Shown: one piece after another, positions 25,433 to 39,400 of the stretch
Layout of the letters: each line of letters begins with the position of its first letter
How positions within the stretch are numbered: position 1 is the first letter of the stretch
Origin: Octopus bimaculoides
Taxonomy: Eukaryota
Assembly: GCF_001194135.2 (NCBI RefSeq)
Contig: NC_068982.1
Span: forward strand, 189,087,867-189,151,866
Direction: 5' to 3'
DNA length: 64,000 nucleotides
The notes under the pieces: model-generated
Told to the model about the DNA's origin: nothing
What the model saw: only the letters and a program-made list of their open reading frames with translations
Databases searched by the model: none
Translations under genes and position numbers: made by a program

Positions 25433-27099
25433 TTAAACAACACTAATAAACAAGAGGGAGCTGAGAACTAATCCCTGACGGACACTTACCTACTTGCATG
25501 CCAAATTCCTTCCAAAACTTTGTAACTATCTCTCACCATGATGATAACATCTTTGTACATGGCTTCTATGGCACGAAACCAAACCCTGCTTCAAAGCTGT
25601 TTTCCTAAGCAATGAATACAACATATAAAATGGTTTGTCCTCAGCCACACACTTCTTATGAAGTTATTTCATTTACAAGATGATCTTACTTGTATTCTGT
25701 CCTGATTCTCATCTACACTAATTTTCTTCCTAATTAGCTGGGCTTGTAACTGTTCTAATTACTTTCATAAATTAGTCCATTAATTTGCCGCCTCTGAAAT
25801 TGTTTCTTTTTAGAGCATCTTTTACATGTATATATATGTATGTATATGTATATATATGTATGTATATGTGTGTATATATATATCAAATAAAATAAATGTA
25901 CAGTGTATTCATAAATATATAATCATAAATAATACATACATAATAAATACATATACATATATATATTATAAATATACATACATACACACATATATATTAT
26001 AAATGTACATACATATAAATATATATATATATATATATTCTTTTATTCCTTTATTTGTTTCAGCCATGACTGTGGCCATGCTGGAGCACCACTTTAAGTT
26101 GAAGAAATCAACCCCAGGACTTATTCTTTGTAAGCCTAGTAGTTATTCTATCGATCTCTTTTGCCAAACCACTAAGTTACAGGAACATAAACACACCAAC
26201 ATCAGTTGTCAAGCAATAGTGGTGGTGGGGGGATAAACACATATATACATACATTCAGTTTCCGTCCACCAAATCCACACACAAGGCTTGGTCAGCCGGA
26301 ACTATAGTAGAAGACACTTGCCCAAGGTGCCATGCAGTGGGACTGTACCTGGAACCATGTGGTTGGGAAGCAAGCTTCTTTGCACACAGCCACATACAGG
26401 TATGAGTGTATCTATGTTTATAGACATGCAGGTAAATACCCAAGTGCAAAACAAGGTGGAGGAAATGGTACTTGAATACCAAAGGTAGAATAAATTTATG
26501 TTTTATTGAAGCTGTAAAACTTTTATGAACTGTTCTAATAACTCAGAGTTTTTGTGTAACTAATCATTAGACTTGATTGATACTCAGAGTTACATGAGAA
26601 GTTTTTTCAATTAAATGCAACACACACACACACACACACAAGGAAGAATGAAAGTGAAAGTAGAAGAATGTGAAGTTTGAAAATCTGTGAAGAAAAACGG
26701 AAATAAGTGTTGATAATAATGATACATATTTTTCTTTTATATGTTGTTGTGGCTGATGGCAGTACCGCCTGATTGGCACCTGTGCCGGTGGCGTGTAAAA
26801 AGCACCATTCGAGCGTGGTTGATGCCAGTGCTACCTGACTGGCTCCCATGCCGGTGGCACATAAAAAGCACCATTCGAGTGTGGTCGATGCCAGTGGCAC
26901 GTAAAAAGCACCCACTACACTCTTGGAGAGGTTGGCATTAGGAAGGGCATCCAGCTGTAGAAACTCTGCCAAATCAGATTGGAGCCTGGTGCAGCTTTCT
27001 GGCTTGCCAGTCCTCAGTCAAACCATCCAACCCATGCCAGCATGGAAAGCGGACGTTAAACGACGACGATGAGGATGTGTGAATGAATATACATAAATG

Positions 27100-27420
27100 G
27101 CACTCTGTCAGTTACAACAGAGTGTTCCAGTTGTTGCGATCAATGGAACAGCCTACTTGTGAAATTAATGTATAAGTGGTTGAGTACTCCACAGACATGC
27201 ATTCCCTTAACGTAGTTCTCAGGGAGATTCAGCATGAAACAGAATGTGATAAGGCTGGCCCCTTTTGAATTACAGGTACAACTCATTTTTGCCAGCTGAA
27301 TGGACTGGAGCAACGTGAAATAAAGTGATTTGCTCAAGGGACACAATACACGACTGGGATTTGAACTTATGACCTAATGATCATGAGCTACATACTCTAA
27401 CCACTCGGCAACGCCCCTTC
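27100..27420 (-). mobile_element. tRNA-derived SINE family D (representative copy)
   Basis: Shared body gtgaaattaatgt.caagtgg.tgagtactcc..agattcagcatga.acaga and an antisense tRNA head; other copies at about 7545-7800 and 44400-44670. Confidence 0.7.
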
Positions 27421-28418
27421 ACTGTAGATGCATACCACCACCACCACCATCATCATTTATTTTCTTGTATTCTGTATACAAAGATTCCACCAGCATATGT
27501 ATGTGGTCACTTGTTTTATTGGTCTGGCCATTAATTATGGTCCACACTGAATAAATTTAATTGATTGCCGTAGCAATGAAAGAATGGTCAAGGAATAAAA
27601 TGGTGAGCAACTGCAACTGGCTTTTGATTCCGTGTTCTAGCAATTTCTGCTTCACTGATGTCGGTAATGATTCTGGGTGGGTGAGCTATAACACCTATGT
27701 AGGTTCCTCTTTGAAGTTAGGAGGGGGAAATTAACCGATAATTGGATTGCATTAAATTATGAAAAATTAACTAATTGCGTCATGTGACCAAATGTATATT
27801 CACCACAAAAGTGTCTTTGTTCATTTGAGTCTTTCATCTCCAATTTTATATCGCTCTCAATCTTTGACTCTTTTAATGTGTTTGTACATGTGTATATATG
27901 TGTGTATGTATGTGTGTGTACAGTGTGACTGAATGGCTACTTTATAATGATGAAGTGACTGAGTGGTTATTTCATCATTATAAGGTCTCTGATCTGACTT
28001 CACTGTGTGGTACCCATTGTAACTGTTGCCTTCTGTATGGGGTGTGGAGTCAGCCTGAGTCTACTGAGTCAACAGAAAGTTGTACAGATGTCTGTTACTT
28101 TGGAGAGAGAGTCTTTCCACACTGCGTATGAGGAGTCATCATCATCGTTTAATGTCCGTTTTCCATGCTGGCATGGGTTGGACGGTTCAATCGGGGTCTA
28201 GGAAGCCAGGAGGCTGCACCAGGTTCCAATCTGATCTGGCAGTGTTTCTACAGCTGGATGCCCTTCCTAATGCCAACCACTCCGAGAGTGTAGTGGGTGC
28301 CTTTTACATGCCACCAGCACAGGGGCCAGAGGGGGCTGGCAATAGCCAAAATCAGTCGGTGCTTTTTATGTGCCACCGGCACGGAAGCCAGTCAAGGTGG
28401 CGCTGAGAAATAAATTGA

Positions 28419-28620
28419 CCCTTTAGCATTTAAAATGGCCGAAATATTCTACTTGTTTTATGTTCAAACTGGTCAGATCTGACCTTTCACACCTATTCTA
28501 CAATGTCATTCTAAAAATAATCACATCATTGAAACCTGATGCAATGGAGATAATGCATAATTAATTCAAAACAATGTGAATAAATATCATATTTGACAGA
28601 GTAATTTGAATGCGAGAGGG
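28419..28620. mobile_element. TTAA-type MITE, family 2
   Basis: ttga|CCCTTTAGCATTT...AATGCGAGAGGG|TTAA; related copy at about 6700-6910. Confidence 0.65.
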
Positions 28621-30201
28621 TTAAATGCCTGTGGAATATGCAACCACTTTACACTGCAATCCAAATAATTCACTGAGTAAGTCAGCTGATCAAACAACTG
28701 AAATTTTGGTTTCAAGTTTTAGCACAAGGCCAGCAATTTCAGGGGAAGGTGCAAGTCAAATACATTGACACCAGTGTATAACTGGTACTTATTTTATTGA
28801 CCCTGAAAGGATGTAAAGCAGCTTACCTCAGTGAAATTTGAACTCTGAACCTCAAGATGAATGAAATTCTGCTAATGATTCTGCCTGGCTTTCGTCACCT
28901 TAAACTGAAATATTGATTGCTAATATCAACAAAAAAGCCAAAAGAACAAATGTGTGCGCTTTCTGTAGAACAAATGGTAATCCTACCCACCTCCAAAGTC
29001 TGCTACCAAAATTTGATTCCTGATTCTAATTACTGCACATGTTCAATCCTGAAGCCATTCAAAGAACACGCAATTCTTTGACACTTATTCCTTCTCCCCA
29101 TCTTTGAAATTTTGGGTATTGGTACATGGATGGCTGTGTGGTTAAAACACTCATTTTGCAATATTGTGGCTTCAGTGCCAAAGTGTGGTCGATGCCAGTG
29201 CTGAATGACTGGTCCTGTACCAGTGGCACGTAAAAAGTACCATTCGAGCGTGGTCATTGCCAGTGGCACGTAAAAAGCACCATTCAAGCATAGCTGATGC
29301 CAGTACCGCCTGACTGGCCCTCATGCCGGTGACACATAAAAAGCACCCACTACACTCGGAGTGGTGGGCGTTAGGAATGGCATCCAACTGTAGAAACTTT
29401 GCCAGGTCAGACTGGAGCCAGGTGTAACCTTCTGGCTTGCCAGCCCGCAGTCAAACCGTTCAACCCATACCAGCATGGAAAACAGACGTTAAATGATGAT
29501 AATGATGATGAGGTTCTGTCCCAGCAAGCAGCACATGGGACAAGTGTCTTCTACAATGTCTCCAAGCCAATCAAAGCCTTTTGACCAAATTTGGTAGATG
29601 GAAATTGTGTGGATGTGTGTTTGTATGAATGTTTGCGTTTCTTCTGCTTGGCAACCAGTGTTGCTTTGCTTATGTCCCCATAATTTAACAGTTCAGCAAG
29701 ACAGACTAACAGGAAGGGCATCAGGTTGTAGAAACCTTCGCAATTCAAATCAGAACCTGGTGCAGTCTGGCCCCGGCTTATTAGTTTTCAGTCAAACTGT
29801 CCAACCCATGCCAGCTTCGAAAGCGGATGTTAAATGATGTTGATGATGATGACCTGGGGTTAAACAACAACTCAGATAGCTGAGATGATGATAAAACAAG
29901 AGGAAAATAGAAAAAATGTCAAGAAATGTATATAAACAGTGTTTTATTGGGAGCTGAGAATTTATAAAGAAAACCTCTTTTGGTCAATGACAATGCCTGT
30001 TTGACGGAAGTTTGGAGGGAAGTTTCTCAACAGAATTCGATTTTATTAACTGCATCATTCTGCTGTCTGCTGCAAGACTATTACAAAAATGCTTCTGTAA
30101 AAACTTGAACCAAATTTGGTGCCAATCAACGAAACTGTGAAAAGAAGAAATAAAGAAATATATTCAATAATAATGGATATTAGCGTCAAAACTCTCATTA
30201 A

Positions 30202-30243
<42 letters not shown>

Positions 30244-31100
30244 AATAATTTCTATGTGTGATGTGAGAATATATTGAGGAATATACATACACGGGTTTTA
30301 AAATACTGGACTTTGTACCTTTGACCTTTAAATTGTCAAACCAAGGAATTAAATGTAATAAAACCCCAAATAATTAAAACTGCTGACACATTCTGTGCCC
30401 ACCTCATAAAAGGAACAAAGTTACAAAGTATTACATGAATAAATTCTAAACAATAACATAACCCCAAACTTAATCAATAAAAATTTCTCCAAAGCACCTC
30501 TCCATAACAATCCACCCTACAACCTAATTACCATTCCACTCAAACCTCACACCCAAGGAAGAATTTAACTCAATGGAGACTATATAAAGCTAAGATTAAC
30601 TTCAATGATTTGCAGTTTGAAGATGGCTTAACTGACCAAAACTCTGAAGTCACTGTCAACAACATTCTTACTTAAATCAGCTTAATGTAGAATTGTTTTT
30701 ATCATAACTGAACATTAAAAAACATTAACACACACACATGGCTGTGTGACATCTTGGGCAAGTGTCAGCCCCGAGATGACCAAGGCCTTGTTAGTAGATT
30801 TGATAGACGGAAATTGAAAGAAGCCCATTGTATATATATGTGTGTGTGACCTTCTCTTTGTCCTGGCATCATGTGATGGTTGTGAATGAGCATCATTGCC
30901 ATACAAATGATGCTCATTTGTTTCCAGCTTCTGCAAAAAGCATATCCCATTGTGGGGCAAATCTAACCTTACTTGGAAACACGTGAGGGTTGGTAAGAGG
31001 AAAGGCATCTGACGAGGGTAAAGCTGCCTCAACAAGTTCCATTTGATGCATCCAAGCACAGAAAAGTGGGCATTAAATCAATGATGATGATGATGCAGTA

Positions 31101-31566
31101 CAGTGGTTCCCAACAGGGGTTATCACCAACCCTTCTATTTAAATGAGTTTCCCCACAGACCCATTTTAATGCTTATCCTTGTGTGTGTGTGTGTGTGTGT
31201 GTATCTATCTTTCTATCACTCTCTCTCTCTCTCTCTATTTATCTATCCATCCATCCATATATATATATATATATGAATATACATGCATATATATATATAT
31301 ATATATATGAGTAGTTGGCGTTAGGAAGGGCATCCAGCTGTAGAAACTCTGCCAAATTAGACTGGAGCCTGGTGTTGCCATCCGGTTTCACCAGTCCTCA
31401 GTCAAATCGTCCAACCCATGCTAGCATGGAAAGCGGACGTTAAACGATGATGATGATGATGATGATATATATATATATATATGAAATTTTGAATTCAGTT
31501 CATGGACCCCCAGTACTACTTTAGCAAACCAGCAGGGGTTTGAAGACCCCAGGTTGGGAACCACTG
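31101..31566. mobile_element. hAT-type MITE with a nested young SINE
   Basis: Perfect 14-bp TIR CAGTGGTTCCCAAC/GTTGGGAACCACTG; 8-bp flanks ATGCAGTA/ATGTAGTT (6/8); an RTE-SINE sits in the internal (TA)n. Confidence 0.8.
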
Positions 31567-32651
31567 ATGTAGTTTGTTACCAAGGTGATCTAATTTGCAA
31601 TAGAAGATGCAATGATGTTTCAAAAACCAGTAAAAGAACAAAAGTGAGAGAAAGTTTGAGGAGTTTTTTTTACCTCAGCTGGCAACAAAGAGTTTCTCTG
31701 AGTGAAAGGACAGTAATATGGCGCTTGTGGACGAAGTGTGCGTGAAACATGGGCATTGGATGCTGAGGTAGATAGAGCAAAGGCTGGAAAGAAATGAAGC
31801 AGATATACTTCAATGAGTGTGTGGTGTGTAGTGAGAAGAAAGGACGCATGAGATGGGAGAAAGAAAAAGACACAGGTGTAGTGTGGCAAGATGCTTGCTT
31901 CTCAACCACATGGTTCCAGGTTCAGTCCTACTGCACGGCACCTTGGGCACGTGTCTTCTACTATAGCCCTAGACCAACCAAAGCCTTGAGTGGATTTGGT
32001 GGATGGAAATTGAAAGAAGCTTATGTGTGTGTGTAAAGTACTATTCGAGTGTGGATGATGCCAGTGCTGCCTGACTGGCTCCTGTGCTGGTGGCACGCAA
32101 AAAGCACCATTTGAGCATGGCTGATGCCTGTGCTGGTGGCACATAAAAAGCATTATCCAAGCGTAGACGTTAAACAATGATGATGATATATATAGAGTAA
32201 AGAAATAAATGGGCTAATTATCCCCTTATACAGCACAACTAATTAGCGCTCCAATAGAACCTCACGAATATAAAACCAAGAAAGAGAGAACAAATTTCAA
32301 AGGTCAGAGTTCATCTTCACTCAATATATTTCAAAGCATTGGAATACTCCACAACATAAATAGGTGCATTCATATACACAAGACATAATATATAAATTTA
32401 CATAAATGTACTTGTATGTCCGTATTAAAATCAATGAGGATGTTAAAATATGTGGATGGTGAATGTATAGTGGTAATCCAAATAGATGAGAAAGTTGGTA
32501 TAAAATGATTTCAAAAGGAATCTTGAGCAAGTGCAAAGTCTGTCGGTCATTTTGAGAGAAATATCGATGGTTGTTATGGTTAGAATTAACTCACCCATTT
32601 GTTGTCTCTTTCTTGGTTTATATATATTATATATATATATATATATATACA

Positions 32652-32682
<31 letters not shown>

Positions 32683-32714
32683 GTGTGTATATATATATAT
32701 ATATNNNNNNNNNN

Positions 32715-32771
<57 letters not shown>

Positions 32772-32826
32772 CTAGGCGTATATATAAAATTTAATATAAA
32801 CAGCAAGGCACAATATAATATGATAA

Positions 32827-33171
32827 AGGAAAAATTTTCATCATCACTACTTGTGACTGAGGGTGGCAAAGCACCTATTTTGTAAGAAATGAGTTAAAAA
32901 CTCCTGACGCTGGAAGAAGTAGGCAACATATAACAGGGGAGATAACTGCCCCATGAGTGTCTCAGATCACAAGATTAGACTAGCTCCACCTATCAGTCAT
33001 AGGCTTGTCAATAGTTATGACTCCCTTGTTTGAAAATATCTCAGATTCACACACTTATTGCACCAGTCCTTCAGTTTTTCTAATCCCTGTAAAAGAACTT
33101 GGAAGGTTGGGCCTCCAAGCAGGCCTTTCACAATACCCTTAAAGCCAGGAAGTTTTTAGCACCCCTTTGGA

Positions 33172-33203
<32 letters not shown>

Positions 33204-33384
33204 GTTGAAATTTACAGAAAAACAAAAGACGAAGACAGGTGTATAAACAAACAGGTGCACTAGTTTGACACTTGGGAAGGTGAGAAAGTCTTTATATATA
33301 TATATATATTGCTTGCTTTTATTTCTTGCAATATAGATGCTTCAGCCCCCTCAGTCACAATTAGTGATGATGAAAACTTTTCCT
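32827..33384. mobile_element. Element with about 60-bp imperfect inverted arms
   Basis: AGGAAAAATTTTCATCATCACTACTTGTGACTGAGGG.. versus ..CCCTCAGTCACAATTAGTGATGATGAAAACTTTTCCT; the interior contains CTCCCTTGTTTGAAAATAT, nearly identical to a stretch of the 6.3-6.5 kb direct repeats. Confidence 0.7.
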
Positions 33385-33509
33385 ATATACATACATATAT
33401 ATTATATTTTAGTCAGTAGACTGGCCATGCTGGGGGCCTACGCTCTTCAACAGAAAGAAACATGAAGAAATAAACAGAGAGAGAATAAAAAAAACTTTTG
33501 GGAACTAGT

Positions 33510-33860
33510 GGGCAATCATGGCATATGAATCCAGTATGTTCTGCTGGACGGGTAAAGTCAGTGTGCATATAGGACAGAGTCTAAGTGATTTGAGAGAAGA
33601 ACTGGGTATACAAAGAATCTGATGTAGCATGCAAGAGAAAAGACGGTGCTGGTGTGGCCATGTGATGCATATAAATGAAGACAGTTTTATCAAGAAATGC
33701 TGATCTCTAAATGTGGAAGGGGTAGACTCAGAAAGATATGGAATGAAGTGGTGAAATGGGGCCTCACAGAGGACAGGGGACCAAGACTCCTGGCAGTTTG
33801 TGGGGCTTGAGAAGAAATGTCAAGTAAAGTAAAATTGGGGTTGTCCTCACATACAGGTGT
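33510..33860 (+). mobile_element. RTE LINE 3' ORF relic
   Basis: ESSMFCW..LREELGI..QEKRRCWCGHVMHINEDSFIKKC; similar relics at about 31660-31870 (+) and 37930-38180 (-). Confidence 0.65.
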
Positions 33861-34502
33861 GTCCACTACATCCCTCTTCAGCTGAGCATTCCTAATCTTG
33901 TGGGCTCTTGTTTGCTGGTGCCATGTAAAAAGCACCCATGCTGGTACTGGGTAGAAACACCCAGTATACTCTGTAAAGTGGTTGGCATTAGGAACCATGC
34001 CAAAACAAACATGGAGCCCAGGATTGGCAAAATAGACTGATAGAATAAACACCAGGCCAAAACCAAAAGTAAGTCCTGGGGGTTGGTTCATTTGACTAGA
34101 AATTCTTCAAGGTGGTGCCCCAGCATGGCCGTGATCTTAATGAATGAAACAAGTAAAAGATAAAAGATATATACTGGATTTTCTAGACAATAGTGTTATA
34201 AGTTCTATATATTCCATGGGGCAATCAAAGCGTTTATGATGGTAAAGAGTGATATAAGAATATCAATTTCACTCGGGTGGAACAAATATTCATTTACTTG
34301 TTTCAGTCATGACTGCGGCCATGCTAGAGCACTGCCTTTAGTTGAACAAACTGACTCCAGCACTTATTCTTTGTAAGCCTTGTACTTATTCTATCAGTCT
34401 CTTTTGCTGAATCGCTAGGTTATGGGGGCGTAAACACACCAACATTGGTTGCCAAGCGATGGTGAGGGAACAAGCATAGACACACAGAGAAATATATACA
34501 TA

Positions 34503-34560
<58 letters not shown>

Positions 34561-35983
34561 CGACGGGCTTCCTTCAGTTTCCATCTACCAAATTCACTCA
34601 CATGACTCTGGTCCGCCTGACACTTTACTAGAAGACATTTACTCAAGGTGCTACGCAGTGGGACTGAACCCGGAACCATCTGGTTGGGAAGCAAGCTTCT
34701 TACCACATAGCTACGCTGCACATATCATATAAGAAAGTTTTGTTTGAAAGCACCAGTTGGTTATTCTTTTCGCACTTACACACAGGACAGGCCTTCACGG
34801 ATCGTTTACCAAATTCACTCTAAAAGCAATGGGAAAACCGAAGTTACAATAGAACATGGACGGACCAAGCTGTCGACTATTGACATTGAACCTGAACTCA
34901 CGTGGTTGCTAAGGCAACTTTTCCGCTGACCACACGGCTATATAAACACTTATTTTCTTTTATTATTCACATTGATTGAAGTTCTGCTCAATCAGGATTG
35001 ACCTGAAAGTTACATAGAACTTTCGTTTGATAAATTATCACCGTTCAACAATAATCTCGTGTGTAGATTCCTTATACATTTTAACTCATCATCATTATTA
35101 TTATTATTAGTAGTAGTAGTAGTTAAGGCGGGAGCAGGTAGAATCGTTAGCGCATCGAACAAAATGTTTAGCGGTATTTCTTCCTACTTTGTACGTTCTG
35201 ACCTGAAATCTCGCCGAGGTCAACTTTGCGCTTCATCGTTAGCGGTTGATGTAATCGATTAACTCACTACCCCTAAAATTGCTGGCCTTGTTACAAAATT
35301 TAAAACATCATTATTATTATTATTATAATTGATATTCCTTTAAAAGAATAAATATATAAGCGAAAGTACAATTTATTTCAAGAGCACATGGATATAATAC
35401 CTGGCAACGGTGGAGCCTGTATGTGGTCACTAAATCTACAAGAAATAAAGAGTCCGTCTCGAATCACATACTACATTCTCAAATAAGGAAAGGACACACC
35501 ACAAAAAGACGGGATGGTCACAGCTAAAATGTCCATGGTCATAGGTGTGCTCGGGGTTAAACAACATTAACAAGGAATAATTCGTTGAACTATTATTTAA
35601 TTTCTTTCATAAACTAATCAAGCAAATATGTGAAATAACATTTAAAACACATTAAATCATATTTTATGAAATACTGGGGGTGGGTGTATGAGATATTTAT
35701 ACAAGAGAGGCAGGTTTCGTTTAGTAAATATATTTAAAAATATCAAAAGTTAATATATAATTGAATGAAAATATAAAATACCTAAGAATCATCAGGTTTT
35801 AAGTTTTAAGTGTCTAATCCCGAAAATAGAGAGAGATTAATTAAAAGACACAACTTCTTATATTTATTTTTGTTCAGCTTCCTTTTAACAGCTCCATATA
35901 ACAATGTATATACATATATATATATCATTAATATTATTATTATTATTATTTACATATTCCTTGCTAAACCCCAAAAGCCGTCA

Positions 35984-36364
35984 TCAAGATTCCGAAGGTG
36001 GTTCTTTTACTTGTTGTGTGTCCTTCTGAGTTTCCAAATCAATTCTTTCTTTGGCTCGATAAACTTTCGACTGTATGTAGAAAGAACCACCCTTTTGCTT
36101 GTCGTTGACATCAAATAAGTGTTTGAAGTTCTTATTTACTTTTTCCAAGTCCTCCAAATCCGTGACATTGAGGATAGTTTTGGCTTCGGCCAAAGTAATC
36201 CCCGTCACATTGTCGTCGGCAGCGCGACGGGTCCCTCTTCGTCCGCCGCCAGATCTCTGAGCATTTTGTTGACTAGTCCTCAATTCCTGGCGTAAAGCAG
36301 CCGTAAAGGCCCGTCCCACGATCTGGGCTCCAGCCACAATGATTTGTGCAAGATACTTGGCCAT
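35984..36364 (-). CDS. PAM16: Mitochondrial import motor subunit PAM16/Tim16/Magmas (J-like protein), 126 aa, uninterrupted CDS
   Basis: MAKYLAQIIV..VGRAF..ALRQE, ITLAEAKTILNV, HLFDVNDKQKGGSFYIQSKVYRAKERID closely match Pam16 family hallmarks; full length, no stops; tandem TGA TGA; AATAAA at 35863-35868 (-). Confidence 0.97.
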   Translation of the reverse strand: MAKYLAQIIVAGAQIVGRAFTAALRQELRTSQQNAQRSGGGRRGTRRAADDNVTGITLAEAKTILNVTDLEDLEKVNKNFKHLFDVNDKQKGGSFYIQSKVYRAKERIDLETQKDTQQVKEPPSES

Positions 36365-36438
36365 GGACCGTTGTTATGTTCGGGTTACAACACCAAATTA
36401 CAATTATTGAGGCAGCATGTCGTGTCCTTCACAAGTAG

Positions 36439-36446
36439 CTTCCGGT
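36439..36446 (-). promoter_or_regulatory. ETS/GABP-like site upstream of PAM16
   Basis: ACCGGAAG on the minus strand about 75 nt upstream of the ATG, in CpG-retaining unique sequence. Motif match only. Confidence 0.35.
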
Positions 36447-39400
36447 TGAGGTTCCAGGGAAATAACTTCAACACGAAAAAGACCGGTTCTTATAAAATGG
36501 TCGAAACGAAACTGGTTTCTTGGCTGAGCAGGGTAAACCAGTTTCGTTTCGGAAATTGAAATGGTAACCATAATATTGTACCTGCTAGAAATAGCAACGA
36601 ATGTTTTTCTCAAAATCACAGCTATCTTAAACACAGACACACACACACACACACATCAAGCAATGTAGCCTAACTTATAAAAAGACAAGATGGTCATATA
36701 TGGAAAACCCTTGCTTACAGACCGTTTATCTATCATAACCTCAGTTATATTTACGAGTTTTCATAGAAATATACGAGACTTTAGAGTACACAAGTCCTCA
36801 ATTGTCTGGTCTCTATCACAGAAGGTCGTATTTGAGGTCAAGGAGTGAGGCTTTGCGGAAAGAAAAATGATTTCCTTTCGTGCCCCCATGAACTATTTAG
36901 CGTACGATTGAAGAATAAATGCACCTTTGGTTTTTAGGTCATTGGTCTATGTGGTCACTAGAGCTGCTAGTAATAGCAGCCATATAACTCAGAAAATCAC
37001 ATCATTAGAGAGAAAAAAATTATGGTGACATTGGATAATGTAGGTCGAGGTACATCTTGCTGGTAAAAAGGATTGATTGGAAGGTCGTTAATTATGTACC
37101 TACTCAATCAAGGCATACTCGGGAATTAAACGATCTAATGGAAGCTGTTTTTTTTAGACCGGAAGTGAATTTTTAAAAATGATACCCCTAGTTGCAGATA
37201 TGGCTTTGTGCTTAAGAAACTTGCTTTCCAACCACATGGTTCAGGGTTCAGTCCCACTGTGTGGCACCCTGGTGGAAAAGGAGAGGGGTGAAGAGAGGAG
37301 AGAGGGAGAGAGAGAGAGAAGAGGGAGAGAAAGAAGATGAAGATATGTTGGGGCACAAGTTAAAGGGGAGAGTATATAGGTGTAGTAATACAGGGGATTG
37401 AATAGGGTGAATGGGTGGGTAAGTTTGCAAGAGTGTGAAAAGAGGGTCCAAAATGGTTGGGAAGGGAATGTGGATGAAAGGAGTGAGGTTCGGAAGATGA
37501 GTTGCAGGGTAGTGGGAAGGGATTCAGCAGGAACAGGTTGTGGTGCAGGTAAGTTTGTGAGGGTGCAAAAAAAAATGGGAGATAGAGGGGAGGGGAATGC
37601 AGTGAGTGGTGGACATGAGAAGTGGGAGGGGCATTAGGGGAGAGGAGTATATATTTCCTTATTGCTCACAAGGGGCTAAACATAGAGGGGACAAACAAGG
37701 ACAGACAAAGGGATTAAGTCAATTACATTGACCCCAGAGCATAACTAGTACTTATTTAATAGACCCCCGAAAGAATGAAAGGCAAAGTCGACCGCGGCAG
37801 AATTTGAACTCAGAACATAATGGCAGATGAAATACCATTAAGCATTTCGCCCAGCGTGTTAACGATTCTGCTAGAGGAGTATAGACTCGAGAAACACACC
37901 TTTAGGGCCTCCTTTTTACTTACTAGACGGGTCTTCCCAAGCACAGCAAATCACCAATGACCTCAATCTTTTGTCATCTTCTCTATGAAGCTCAACATCT
38001 GAAGGTCATTTCCTACCAGTTTGCCCTGCATCTTTTGGGTTTACCTCATCCACAACCAAGAGGTTTATACGATGGACTCATCTGTCGAAGACGATGGATA
38101 AATGTTCAGCTTTTTGCTGAAAAACCTGCACAAGTGATCAAAAGCACGTGCCACCACATCAGCTCACTCTCTCTCCATCAAATCGATGTTGCCTGAACAG
38201 GTGCATCAGGTGTGCCACGCATCAGGTGTCACAGTGATCACAGAGCAATGTGAAATGAAGAGTTTTACTCAAGAACACAATGCACTGCTCAGTCTAGGAA
38301 TTGAAACCACAATCTTGCAATTGTGAGTGCAACATCTTTACCTTTAGGCTATGCGTTGTTGCATATATTCTTTTACTTGTATCAGTCATTTCTCTGTGGC
38401 CATGCTGGAGCACCACCTTTTAGTCAAAGAAATCAACCCCAGGACTTCTTCTTTGTAAGCTTAGTACTTATTCTATCAGTCGCTTTTGTCGAACCGCTAA
38501 GTTACGGGGATGTAAACATGGTGGGGGCACAAACACAGACATATACACCAACACATACATATATATGTATAATATATATATACATGTGTGTGCAATGGGC
38601 TTCTTTCAGTTTCTGTCTACCAAATCCACTCACAAGGCTTTGGTCGGCCTGAGGCTTTTGTCAAACCTGAAAAACAGAAAATTCGCATGCACGCATGTGT
38701 CAGAGTTTGTGCATATCCTTATCTTGACATCATGTAATGGCTATAAGCAAGCATCACCATCGTACAAGCAATGTTATCCATCCCAGTCTTCTGTGGAAAC
38801 TATGTCTAGCTATTGGGATATAATAGGTTTCTTGGAAGCAGGTGAGGTTTAGAGACAGAAAGAGCATCCGATCATGGAAATTCTGCCTCAACAAAGACCC
38901 ATACAAGCAAGGAAAAATTGATGATAAAAAGTTGATAAAAAAAAAAAAGAAATTCCTTTCTTCTTTTGGGCTTTTCAATAAAAAATATTTAAAGAAATTT
39001 AATGAAAATACTTAACAAAATTTATAAAGAACCATAAAAATTCAGTCATATTACATTTATATATTCAGAACATTTAATGTGAAATATGTTTGGTGAATAT
39101 TAATTAATATTACATCAATGTTTGGCTGGAAATTAGTTTTTAATTTTAAATTACTCACATTCTTCCAGATTCAATTTGCTAATTAATAATTTAACACCTT
39201 TAACCATTAACTGCCAAATTTTTTGGCTTTGCCAGGTGTCTTAGGAGTTCAAATAATATAGAGAATTAAAATTTTCTTTATATGTTAATTATTTTGGAAA
39301 ATATGGTAAATTTTTGAAAAGTCTCAAATGGGGATCGCTGAAAACAAAGGCATATTTATCCTTTTCTATTCAACTACAATAATAAACATATTAGTTTTTA

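Noticed and set aside
30380-30680. Possible LINE endonuclease-RT linker remnant
   Set aside because: Only a faint resemblance; too decayed to support a call.
35984-36364. Processed pseudogene of PAM16
   Set aside because: The ORF is full length and intact, with a plausible promoter motif and poly(A) signal and no poly(A) remnant or TSD. Expression is still untested.
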